The notes under the pieces were generated by a model. That model ran no database searches. It was not told where the DNA came from and was given only the letters and a program-made list of their open reading frames with translations. Of a stretch of DNA of 64,000 nt, positions 8,556 to 17,596 are shown in pieces (the stretch's first letter is position 1; the number at the start of each line of letters is the position of its first letter). The position numbers were made by a program, and so were the translations under genes. The DNA is from Planctomycetota bacterium (lineage in GTDB: Bacteria; Planctomycetota; UBA1135; UBA2386), in contig OZ245006.1 in the NCBI GenBank assembly GCA_965223545.1, positions 2,080,001-2,144,000 of the forward strand, read 5' to 3'.

Positions 8556-9944
8556 TCAGACACCGCTCGCCGCCCGCGGTGGCGGCGTGGTGGTCAACAG
8601 CTCGGCGACGACGGTCAACCCGCGGCGCAGATCGTCCTCGCGCGGCACGGCGCCGAGGCTGATGCGCACCGCGTGCGGGGCCGCTCCGCGCCCGACCGCG
8701 AACACCTCCGCCGGTGCCACCGCGACTCCGCGCTCGCGGCAGCAGGCGGCGAACTCGTCCGCCCGCCACGGGTCCGGCAGCGGCACCCATAGAAACGCGC
8801 TCTCGCGCAGTCCGTCCGCGGCCGGCGGGCCCAGGAGCCGGCGCGCGAGCGCATTGCGGTGGCGCGCCTCCGCGCGGCGGCGCGCGGCCAGTTGGTCGGC
8901 GACTCCGCCGTGGATCAAGTCTGCAGCCAGCTCGGCAGTCAGCGGCGAGGCCATGATGGTCGAAGCCATCATGGCGCCGACGGCGGCGGTGTCGGCACCG
9001 GCCGGCAGGTGCAGGTAGCCGACGCGCAACGCCGGCAGGCCCGGCTTCGACAATCCCGCGAGAGTGCTGACGCGCGCCGCGAACGAAGCCAGTGGCGGCG
9101 GCGGCTCGTCCAGCAAGAAGCCGTAGGTGTCGTCCTCGACGATGGTCACGCCGAACCGGTCCGCGATGGCGCCGATCGCCTCGCGCCGCGCGACCGACAT
9201 CACCGCGGTGGTCGGGTTGTGCACGTTGGGAGAGCAGTAGAGCGCCGCGACGTGTCCTCGCTTGGCGGCATCCTCGAACGCGGCCGGTAGCACGCCTTCG
9301 GCGTCGATGGCGACTCCCTCGAGCGATAGCCGGAGCATCCGCGTCAGGCTCTTGATCCCCGGGTAGGCGAGCGACTCGGTGAGCACGCGCTCGCCGGGAG
9401 ACGCGCAGGCGGAGAGCGCGACCATCATCGCGTGCTGCGCCCCGCAGACGACGACCACCGAGTCCGGCGACGCATCGAGGCCGCTGCGAGCCAGCCAGCG
9501 CGCACCGGCCTCGCGAGCGCGCACATCGCCCGCGGGGGGCGCATAGCCGAGTCGCATCTCGCCGAACCGCCGCGACCAAGCGCTCCAAACCGGAGCCAGC
9601 AGGTCGGTGACGTCGGTGCAGTGCGGCGCGTTGTGGCCGAGGTTCAGGAGCTCGGTGTCGCCGTGCGACGCGGCAAACACGTCCTCGCCGCGCGGACCGC
9701 GCACGAAGGTACCGCGACCGACCTCGCCGCTGAGCAGCCCGCGCTCGCGCGCCACGGCGTAGCCCCGGGTGACGGTGCCGACCGTCACGCCGAGCGCGCG
9801 CGCCAGGTCGCGCTGCGGCGGCAGCTGGCTGCCCAGCGGCAGCGTGCCGTCCTCCACACCGCGCGCGATCGCGTCCGCCAGGGCGACGTACTTCGGCGGC
9901 GCGGCGCCGTCGAGATCGGGGACCCACATGGTCATCGGCGGCAT
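8556..9944 (-). CDS. MocR/GntR family regulator with PLP-dependent aminotransferase domain
   Basis: N-terminal KYVALADAIARGVEDGTLPLGSQLPPQRDLA...TVTRGY; HNPT, EDDTYG, LSKPGLPALRVGY; start may be 9935. Confidence 0.92.
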   Translation of the reverse strand: MPPMTMWVPDLDGAAPPKYVALADAIARGVEDGTLPLGSQLPPQRDLARALGVTVGTVTRGYAVARERGLLSGEVGRGTFVRGPRGEDVFAASHGDTELLNLGHNAPHCTDVTDLLAPVWSAWSRRFGEMRLGYAPPAGDVRAREAGARWLARSGLDASPDSVVVVCGAQHAMMVALSACASPGERVLTESLAYPGIKSLTRMLRLSLEGVAIDAEGVLPAAFEDAAKRGHVAALYCSPNVHNPTTAVMSVARREAIGAIADRFGVTIVEDDTYGFLLDEPPPPLASFAARVSTLAGLSKPGLPALRVGYLHLPAGADTAAVGAMMASTIMASPLTAELAADLIHGGVADQLAARRRAEARHRNALARRLLGPPAADGLRESAFLWVPLPDPWRADEFAACCRERGVAVAPAEVFAVGRGAAPHAVRISLGAVPREDDLRRGLTVVAELLTTTPPPRAASGV

Positions 9945-9976
9945 CGTAACCGCCGCTCGCTCGAGCGAAGCGACGG

Positions 9977-12637
9977 CTATTCGGGCAAGCCGGCCAGCTG
10001 GCGCAGTGCGCCGTAGGACGGCGGGTTCTCGAGGCCATGCCGATCGGCGAACTCCACCGCTGCCATGGACCAGTCCCGCAGCCGCGGTCCATTGCCGGAT
10101 TCTTGGGCGAACTCTACGCCGGCGAGAAAGCCACGGTAACGGTCCAAGTCGGACTCCGGCCGCAGGCTCGAGTGGGGATTCCGGCGCCAGACGTCGAGTC
10201 GGTGCGCCGCTTCCTCGATCACGCCGGCGGGAGCCTCCGCGGCGTACCCCCGCAGCGCGACCACCATGAGCCGGCACGCCTCCGCCCACCCCGGATCCAG
10301 CTGGAGGGCCTTGCTGCAGTGCGCGAACGCGCGCGCGCGCTGCGAGCGACACAGCTCGAAGGCAAACAAGTGGTAGTCGGCCAAGAGCTGGGCCCGGCGA
10401 ACGTGACGCAGGGCTTCCTCGACCTTCACCAAGCACTCTACGCGGGCGGCCTCGTCCCACCCGCTTGCGTCCAACCGCCAGAGGCGCAGCTGCGCGGTGT
10501 AGCGCTCGTGATCGGTGCAATCGAGCTCGCTGACTCCGGCCAGCAGTGCACGCTGCTCCGGCCGCACGTCGCGCTCGGGTCGGCTGCCATCGAGAATGCG
10601 CAACTCCAGCGCGTTGAACTGGAGCAAGATCAAGCTCACGTCGTCGGGCCAACGGTGCGCCGCGCGCGCCACGCCCAGGCGCTCCTCGAGGGCGCCCACA
10701 TCGCCGCGGAGATACGCGATCTCGCACCAGATCCGCGCATCGGCCCGGCCCTGGGGCACGTCTCCATCACCCAACAACGACGCCATGACGCGCTCGGCGG
10801 CATCGAATTCGCGCGCCAGCATCAGCTCGCGCGCACGGTTGCGCTCCGGGGCCGCGCGCCCCGGTCGCAGGATCCCCGCGCACCACCAGAGGGCCGCGGC
10901 GGCATCGTGGTTGCGTGCCGCGCTCTCGATGGCGGCGAGCTCGAAGTGCAATCGATAGCTGCTCTGAGTGACGTCGTCCAGCGGGATCAGTCGAGCGCGC
11001 GCCGCCGGCGCGACACGCGCCATACGGAGCAGAGTGACTGCGGCCAGGCGGTCGTTCGCGTTTGCGGGCACCGGCAGATCGTCGGCCGGCGGTCGCTCGT
11101 CGACGATGGCCGTCGCGATCCGGAACGCCACCGGCATCGTCGCCGCGTAGCGGCCGCGGAACTCGTCGTACTGGGCGCGCGCTTCCGTTCGATCCTCATC
11201 GAAGAGCCGAAGGTAGAGACGCGCCATCGCGACGTCTTCTGGCCACAGGGGCGCCGCACCGCTGGCGTCCAGCTCGACCAACAGCGCCGCCCGGCGCGCG
11301 GGCGTCAGCTCGTGCGCCAAGTGGATTCGGTCGAGCAACTCCTCCAACCGGAGCCGAGACGCGTGCCGGCGCTCGGCGTCAGCGACTCGGACGTGGTCCG
11401 GGTCGCGCCGCTGAAGCTCGGCCAGCAGGGCGCGCGCATACTCGAGCTCACCTCGGTCGAGATAGCCATCGACGTCGGCCAGCGAGCTGTGCAGCACTGC
11501 CTCCGCACGGAGCCGTTGACTCCACAGCCACCCCGCCAACACCAAAGCCGTGACCACCAGCAAGCCGGTGGTGAGACTCAGCCGCGGATGGCGGCGTGCG
11601 CGGCTACCCCAACGCGCGACCCACCCCGGCCGCCGACTGCGCACCCGCTCACCGGCCGCGAACCGCCGCAGATCGGTCGCCATCTCGTCGGCGGAGCGAA
11701 AGCGGCGGGCCGGCTCCTTGGCGAGCGCGCGCAGCAGGATGTGGTTGAGCGGACGGCTCTCGGCGGCCAAACGCAGGGGCTTGGCCTCGTCATGCAGCAC
11801 CGCGCGGATGAGACTGCCCGGCGTGGCCGCCGCGAACGGCGGCACGCCGCCCACCGCCTCGTAGAGCGCCGCTCCCAGCGAGTACACGTCCGAGCGCGCG
11901 TCCGCCGCGGTGCCGTCGCGGCGCAGCAGCTCCGGTGCCATGTAGGCGAGGGTCCCCGGCGCCTCTCCTTCGCGCGTCACTGCAGTGTGCTCCGCACCAC
12001 GCGCCAAACCGAAGTCGACGACGTACGCCACGCCGGCGTGCATCAGCACGTTGGCCGGCTTCACGTCGCGGTGCACGACCCCGACGGTGTGCGCGGCGTG
12101 CAGGGCGCTTGCGACGGCGGCTCCCACGGCTGCGATCTCAGCCGCCGGCCTGCCCTTGCTCCACTCGCTGAGCGAGGGGCCGTCCAATCTCTGCATCGCG
12201 ATCCAAGCGAGCTCCCCCTGACTACCGAACTCGTGCACGTGCACGATGTTGGGGTGCGCCAGGGCAGAGGTGATCTCGGTCTCGCGCTGGAAGCGCAGCC
12301 GCGACAAGTCGTCGGTCAGCCGCTGGACCTTCACCGCGACGTCGGCACCCGACCGCTCGTGCCGGGCGGCGAAGACGCGCCCCATGCCTCCCTCGCCCAG
12401 CGGCTGTCCGAGTCGAAAGCCGCCGAGCAGCGCGCCGGGACCAACCCACGGCGCTGCGGCGCGCCGTAGCTCGGCGAACGCCGAGTCGATGTCGGGGTCC
12501 TGCGCCAGCGCCCGCCGCACCCGCTGCTGCAGCGCCGCGTCCCCGCCACACAGCGCATCCAAATCGGGGGCCGCGCCGGCGTCCAACGCCGCGTAGACCG
12601 CGGTCAGCACCCGCTCCAGATCGGGGCCCGCGCTCAC
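9977..12637 (-). CDS. membrane-anchored Hanks-type Ser/Thr protein kinase with helical C-terminal region
   Basis: LGEGGMGRVF, VAVK, HRDVKPANVL, DFG, YMAPE, SDVYSLG; TM helix LSLTTGLLVVTALVLAGWLW. Confidence 0.93.
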   Translation of the reverse strand: MSAGPDLERVLTAVYAALDAGAAPDLDALCGGDAALQQRVRRALAQDPDIDSAFAELRRAAAPWVGPGALLGGFRLGQPLGEGGMGRVFAARHERSGADVAVKVQRLTDDLSRLRFQRETEITSALAHPNIVHVHEFGSQGELAWIAMQRLDGPSLSEWSKGRPAAEIAAVGAAVASALHAAHTVGVVHRDVKPANVLMHAGVAYVVDFGLARGAEHTAVTREGEAPGTLAYMAPELLRRDGTAADARSDVYSLGAALYEAVGGVPPFAAATPGSLIRAVLHDEAKPLRLAAESRPLNHILLRALAKEPARRFRSADEMATDLRRFAAGERVRSRRPGWVARWGSRARRHPRLSLTTGLLVVTALVLAGWLWSQRLRAEAVLHSSLADVDGYLDRGELEYARALLAELQRRDPDHVRVADAERRHASRLRLEELLDRIHLAHELTPARRAALLVELDASGAAPLWPEDVAMARLYLRLFDEDRTEARAQYDEFRGRYAATMPVAFRIATAIVDERPPADDLPVPANANDRLAAVTLLRMARVAPAARARLIPLDDVTQSSYRLHFELAAIESAARNHDAAAALWWCAGILRPGRAAPERNRARELMLAREFDAAERVMASLLGDGDVPQGRADARIWCEIAYLRGDVGALEERLGVARAAHRWPDDVSLILLQFNALELRILDGSRPERDVRPEQRALLAGVSELDCTDHERYTAQLRLWRLDASGWDEAARVECLVKVEEALRHVRRAQLLADYHLFAFELCRSQRARAFAHCSKALQLDPGWAEACRLMVVALRGYAAEAPAGVIEEAAHRLDVWRRNPHSSLRPESDLDRYRGFLAGVEFAQESGNGPRLRDWSMAAVEFADRHGLENPPSYGALRQLAGLPE

Positions 12638-13830
12638 AGCCTGCGGAACAGCATCGGCCCGTACGACGCCGGCACCGACGCTCCGTCGAGGACGCCGTAC
12701 GCGTTGCTGAAGTTCAAGAAGAAGTTGTCGGCGACGTTGAATGGTGCGCGCACCAAGCCGACGCGCGGCGCGACCTTGACGATGGGCTGGTCCTTGTAGC
12801 CGCCGCCCTCGAGCTGGAACCGAACGGTCGAGCCCGGAGTGATCAGGCCGAAGGTGATCGCCAGCATCTGGCTCGGGGCCGCGGCGACTTCGGCGAGCAA
12901 GTCCGGCTCGTAGTCGGCGTTGCGGCCGCGCGTCGGCCGCCCGACCGGAATCAGCATCGACCGGCAGTCGCTCACGCGAATCTTGATGTCGCCGCCGACT
13001 CCGAGGCCGGGAGTTGCCGATGCGGGCTGCCCGTACCAGCCGGTTCCGATCGCGTTCTCCAGGGACGCGCGGAACGCGAACGCCTGCACATCGACATGGA
13101 GGTACTGGTTGGACAATCCCAGCTGCATGTCATCCTCGCTCAGGATCGCGCCGGACTGCTGGATTGCTGCGACGTCGACCATGCCGTGCAGGTCGAACGA
13201 GTCCGCGCCGCTGACGTCGATGACGGTCGTGTCGATCTGCTTCCAGGTTTCCGTGTATGCGCTTGGCGCTTGGGCTTGATACGGCGGTTCCCCGACCCAC
13301 GTCAGACTGTACGGATCATTGAGCCCCGGGTTGTCCCCCGCGTTCACCTTGATCGGTTGGCTCCACTTCAGCTCGTCGGTCGTCGAGCTGCCAATCGGAA
13401 AGATCCGATCGAGCACGTCGTGCAGGATGGACGGGCGCACCGCCAGGCCGAGTTGCGGATCGACCTCGCTCAGATCCAAGGCCACGGGATCGTTCTGCAC
13501 GTTGGCGCGCTGCCATAGATACTCGGAGAGCGTCGTGTGGACGTTGGCCTCCGCCGGACCGAACGAGTAATCGTCGATGATCGAGGACTGCGTCGCGCGG
13601 CCGTGGAACAGCAGGACGACCCACCAACCGGGGCTCAGATCCACCTGAAAGGCCACCCAGGGGTCGTCGGGAACCAACGTCGGATTACCGGTCGCCGGGG
13701 GCTGCCATTGGTAGGTGCCGCCGAAGTAGCCGCCGACGCTGATGCTGGGGGTGATCACGGACTGCGCCACCACGGCGGGGGACAGGGCTGCCGCGGCCGC
13801 CGCCACGGAGGTCAGGATGCTTCGGGTCAT
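12634..13830 (-). CDS. secreted hypothetical protein
   Basis: Signal peptide MTRSILTSVAAAAAALSPAVVAQ; GGAG RBS; GTGA overlap with the kinase. Confidence 0.8.
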   Translation of the reverse strand: MTRSILTSVAAAAAALSPAVVAQSVITPSISVGGYFGGTYQWQPPATGNPTLVPDDPWVAFQVDLSPGWWVVLLFHGRATQSSIIDDYSFGPAEANVHTTLSEYLWQRANVQNDPVALDLSEVDPQLGLAVRPSILHDVLDRIFPIGSSTTDELKWSQPIKVNAGDNPGLNDPYSLTWVGEPPYQAQAPSAYTETWKQIDTTVIDVSGADSFDLHGMVDVAAIQQSGAILSEDDMQLGLSNQYLHVDVQAFAFRASLENAIGTGWYGQPASATPGLGVGGDIKIRVSDCRSMLIPVGRPTRGRNADYEPDLLAEVAAAPSQMLAITFGLITPGSTVRFQLEGGGYKDQPIVKVAPRVGLVRAPFNVADNFFLNFSNAYGVLDGASVPASYGPMLFRRL

Positions 13831-13983
13831 GTTGTTGCGCTCCAAGGCGTTCTCGTTGCTCTTGCTCGATGGGCCAAACGGGCCACTCCGCCGGGTGGGT
13901 GGCCGATGAGAACGTCACGCGGATTTTGCCAGTTTTTGTCCGCCTCCGCCGGTGGGTTGCCGGCGCGGCAGCGGAGCGGTAAC

Positions 13984-14583
13984 GTGAGGGAGTTGGGTTC
14001 GGATCGTGAAGGAAAGCCGGAGGACGGCCTACGCCGCGCGCGCGAGGGCGACTCCGATGCGCTCGAGGAGCTGCTGTTCCGCCACGAGCAGCAGCTGACG
14101 CGCATCGCCGAGCGGGGGCTCGGCCGCGACCTCAAGGCCCGCATGCACGTCTCCGACATCGTGCAGAGCGCGGCGGTCGACATCGTGCGCGACATCGGCT
14201 CGTTCCGCGGCGACGACGAGGATGCCTTCTTGGCGTGGGCAGCCCGCATCGTCCAGAACAAGATCCGCGGCAAAGGCCGCTACTTCACGGCGCATCAGCG
14301 CCAACAGCGCGAGCAGTCACTGGAGACCATGGAGGTGACTCCGGCCGGCCCCGACCGCACCCCGAGCAGCGAGGCGCGCGGCGCCGAGCTGCAGCAACGC
14401 GTCGCAGTTGCGCTGCGCGAGCTGCCAGACGACTACCGGCGCGCCCTACTGCTGCGCTCGGTCGAGAACCTCAGCGCACGCGAGATCGGTGACCTCCTCG
14501 GCCGCACCGAGCACGCGACCCGCATGCTCCTGCACCGCGCCCGCGCAGCCCTCGCGGCGCAGCTGGCAGAACACGACGAGTGA
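13984..14583 (+). CDS. ECF sigma-70 factor (Planctomycete kinase-associated type)
   Basis: ARxGDxDALEEL, LKARMHVSDIVQS, FRGDDEDAFLAW, TPSSEA, LPDDYRRALLLRSVENLSAREIG; start approximate. Confidence 0.9.
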   Translation: MRELGSDREGKPEDGLRRAREGDSDALEELLFRHEQQLTRIAERGLGRDLKARMHVSDIVQSAAVDIVRDIGSFRGDDEDAFLAWAARIVQNKIRGKGRYFTAHQRQQREQSLETMEVTPAGPDRTPSSEARGAELQQRVAVALRELPDDYRRALLLRSVENLSAREIGDLLGRTEHATRMLLHRARAALAAQLAEHDE

Positions 14584-14608
14584 CGGTACGGAGCCTGGCT
14601 CCGTACCT

Positions 14609-15418
14609 TCACTTGCGGCCGCCCAGCTGCTCGTGGAGTTTGCGGGCGGCCTCGGCGGCGGCCTTCTCGAGCTGCTGGGCCGCGGTGCCGGCGAGGTCGC
14701 CGGCGAACTTCACGCCCAGGGCCTCGAGGCTCTCCAGGGGCTGCATGCCCGCCTGCAGCACGGCCCGCAGCGGCGCCGGGATCGCGTCGCCACCGTTTGC
14801 CAGGGCGGTCGCGATCACGGTCTGCACGACGATGCCGACGACCTTGTCGAGCGACACCGGCCGGTCGCTGCCGATGTTCTTCAGGTCGATCGGCGCGAGC
14901 GGCACGACGGCGCGCGAGGGCTCCTCCGCCGCCAGCGCGAACAGCACTTCGACTTCGACGTCCTCGATCCGCAGCTGCTCGATGACGAATCCGACCCCAC
15001 CGTCGCCGCCGGCCGGCGCCGACTCGTCGCTGCCCATGGCCTCGAGGATCGACTGAATGTTCGACCGGACGCCGGCTTGCTGCAGATGGAGACGAAGGCC
15101 CGAGAGGCGAATCTCCGGCACCCGCACCGTGTCCGACAGCAAGGACCATGGGGCGACCGCGAGACCGGCGCTGCCGAGCGTGAGCAAGTGCTCCTGATCG
15201 AAGCCGTCGGGGTTGTCGATGCGCAGATCGGCGAGGTCGACCCGGCCGTCGAAGACCCCGAGACGCATCTCGCCCAGCTCGGTCGGGACTCCGAGCGCAT
15301 TGGTCGCAGCTCGCTCGACGGCACCGGTGGCCAGAGAGTCACCGAACCACACCGCCGCCAACCCCAAGACCAGCACGAGGCCGACCAGGAACACGAGGAC
15401 GAGGAGCAGCTTCTTCAT
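14609..15418 (-). CDS. AsmA-like family protein
   Basis: N-terminal anchor MKKLLLVLVFLVGLV; ALGVPTELG...LRIDNPDGF...SNIQSIL. Confidence 0.75.
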   Translation of the reverse strand: MKKLLLVLVFLVGLVLVLGLAAVWFGDSLATGAVERAATNALGVPTELGEMRLGVFDGRVDLADLRIDNPDGFDQEHLLTLGSAGLAVAPWSLLSDTVRVPEIRLSGLRLHLQQAGVRSNIQSILEAMGSDESAPAGGDGGVGFVIEQLRIEDVEVEVLFALAAEEPSRAVVPLAPIDLKNIGSDRPVSLDKVVGIVVQTVIATALANGGDAIPAPLRAVLQAGMQPLESLEALGVKFAGDLAGTAAQQLEKAAAEAARKLHEQLGGRK

Positions 15419-15554
15419 TGCCGACCAGGCTACCCGCGCAGGGGCCGACGCCTCACCCCCGCCGTGGATTCCTTCCGGAACGGGAGTACCTCCGCGCACG
15501 CCCCGACGGTCACATCGGCTCTACTCGGGGTTTCGCCGACCCAGCTCTCCGCCA

Positions 15555-17507
15555 ATGCGAACCACCCTGCCCCTCGTCCTGCTCTGCATCGGTGCCAACG
15601 CCCAATCGGTGCGCCCGTTGGTCGAAGACCTCGTCGTCCACGCCGCCAGCACCCCGCCGCGCGTCGACTTCACGCTGTCATGGCCGAACGGGTGGCACAC
15701 GGCGCGCAACCACGACGCCGCGTGGTTGCTGCTCCGCGGCCCCGACGCACGCCGCGCTCCACTGCGGCTGAACCCGGCCGGGCACGATGCGCACGGCGGC
15801 ACCGTGCCCGCCGCCATCACCCCCAGCGACGACGGGGTGGGCGCGTTCATCGCCCCCGCCGCCCCCCACCGCGGCGCGGTCCGCTGGCGCGTCTCGCTCG
15901 CGCTCGCCGAGGCCCCACCCAGCGAGGTGCACGCGTGGGCGGTGGGCATGGTCTTCATCCCACCCGGCGGCTACGAGCTCGGCGACGACGACCCGCTCGC
16001 CGTCCGCTTCGGCGCGTTCTACCGCCGCGCCGAGGACGGCACCCCGGCCGGCCCGATCCGCGTCGCGTCCGAGGCTGCACTCGACATCGCCGAGCGCTCG
16101 GGCGCGCTGTGGTACGAGACCGATCGGCACGGCTACCGGGGCGACCGCGGCGGCCCTCTGCCGGCGGCGTGGCCCAAGGGCACGGCCGCGTTCTACGTGA
16201 TGAAGCACGAGCTCGCGCACGGTGCCTACGCCGCGTTCCTCGACGCGCTGCCGGAGGAGTGGGCCAGCCTGCGCGCGCCGTTGCAGCTCGACGGCGAGGA
16301 GACCGAGACGTGCAGCATCCGACGGACCGAGGCCGGGTTCGTCGCCGCGGCGCCCGAGCGGCCGTGCAACTTCGTCAGCTGGGACGACACCTGTGCTCTG
16401 TACGATTGGCTGGCCCTGCGCCCATGGACCGAGCTCGAGTACGAGAAGGCAGCGCGCGGGCCGCACCGGCCGGTGGCCGGCGACTACCCGTGGGGTACCG
16501 CATCGACCGACGCGCTGCGCCGGCGGGTGACGTCGACTCGCGACCTCGAAGCCTCCGGCGCGACCGCCGAAAGCGCTCTCGACGAGACCACGACCGCCGA
16601 GCTGGGCGCGTCCCACTACTGGGTCATGGACCTGTCCGGCAGCTTGTGGGAACGCGTCGTCAGCGCCGGACACGAGCGCGGCCGCGCCTTCGCGGGCTCG
16701 CACGGCGACGGCGTCCTGGACGAGAACGCTCGCGCCACCAACTCCGACTGGCCGCACACCGAGGGCGCCGACGCTCCGGGCATGGGCTACCGCGGTGGCG
16801 CCGAGTACTTTGCACAGCCGCGCGACAACGACCCCACCAACCCCTACAGCCCGGTGGCGGTCCGCACGTACGCCGGCTGGGGCGGTGCCCAGCGCTACAA
16901 GACCTACAGCGCGCGCGCGGCGCGGACCGCGCCGACCGCAACCGGGCGGGAACGGCCGAGTCCCGAGGAAGCCGCCGCGCTGCGCACCGAGCTCTTGCAG
17001 CGCAAGAAACGCGACCAGGCAGTGCGCTCGGTCGACTTCTCCGCTCTCTCCGTCGACCGCTACGGTTGGCCGTCGGCGGAGTGGCTCGGGGACGAGGCGG
17101 CGGGCGCCGCGTTCTTGCTGGTGCAGCACGCCGACCAACAGCCGGAGTTCCAGGCGCGCTGCCTGCCGATGCTGGCCGCCGCCGCCGCTCGCGGCGAGGC
17201 GTCGCCGAGCGCGGTCGCCTATCTCACCGACCGGGTACGGGTGTCTCAGCAACGACCACAGCTCTACGGCACCCAGTACCACGCCGCCGAGAACGACGCC
17301 GGCGTCGCGATCGCAGGCGATGACGGCCGCGTGCTCTACTTGACGCCGGTGGTCGAAGACACGGCCAGCTTGGACGACCGCCGCCGCGCAATGGGGCTGG
17401 GTCCCTGGCAGGAGTACGAAGAGCGCATGGCCCGGCTGCACGGCCGCGCGCAGGCCGCGCCGCGCGCGTGGGACGGCGCCCTGCCAGTGCGTGCCAGCCA
17501 ACGGTAG
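15555..17507 (+). CDS. formylglycine-generating-enzyme (SUMF1/EgtB/PvdO) family domain fused to a DUF6624-like domain
   Basis: MVFIPPGGYELG, FYVMKHE, LRPWTELEYEKAARG, VMDLSGSLWE; C-terminal YGWP..LLVQHAD..AYLTDRV..QLYGTQ. Confidence 0.8.
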   Translation: MRTTLPLVLLCIGANAQSVRPLVEDLVVHAASTPPRVDFTLSWPNGWHTARNHDAAWLLLRGPDARRAPLRLNPAGHDAHGGTVPAAITPSDDGVGAFIAPAAPHRGAVRWRVSLALAEAPPSEVHAWAVGMVFIPPGGYELGDDDPLAVRFGAFYRRAEDGTPAGPIRVASEAALDIAERSGALWYETDRHGYRGDRGGPLPAAWPKGTAAFYVMKHELAHGAYAAFLDALPEEWASLRAPLQLDGEETETCSIRRTEAGFVAAAPERPCNFVSWDDTCALYDWLALRPWTELEYEKAARGPHRPVAGDYPWGTASTDALRRRVTSTRDLEASGATAESALDETTTAELGASHYWVMDLSGSLWERVVSAGHERGRAFAGSHGDGVLDENARATNSDWPHTEGADAPGMGYRGGAEYFAQPRDNDPTNPYSPVAVRTYAGWGGAQRYKTYSARAARTAPTATGRERPSPEEAAALRTELLQRKKRDQAVRSVDFSALSVDRYGWPSAEWLGDEAAGAAFLLVQHADQQPEFQARCLPMLAAAAARGEASPSAVAYLTDRVRVSQQRPQLYGTQYHAAENDAGVAIAGDDGRVLYLTPVVEDTASLDDRRRAMGLGPWQEYEERMARLHGRAQAAPRAWDGALPVRASQR

Positions 17508-17596
17508 CGGCGCGCCGAAATCTGGTTCGACGGGCGCCGGCGCGCTAGTGTGCCGCCTTCCGACCCTTCGCGCTCGCACCTTCTCCTGCCGCGCCC

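Noticed and set aside
14408..17323. 971-aa Arg-rich plus-strand ORF
   Set aside because: Overlaps the AsmA-like and FGE genes in other frames; off-frame GC composition
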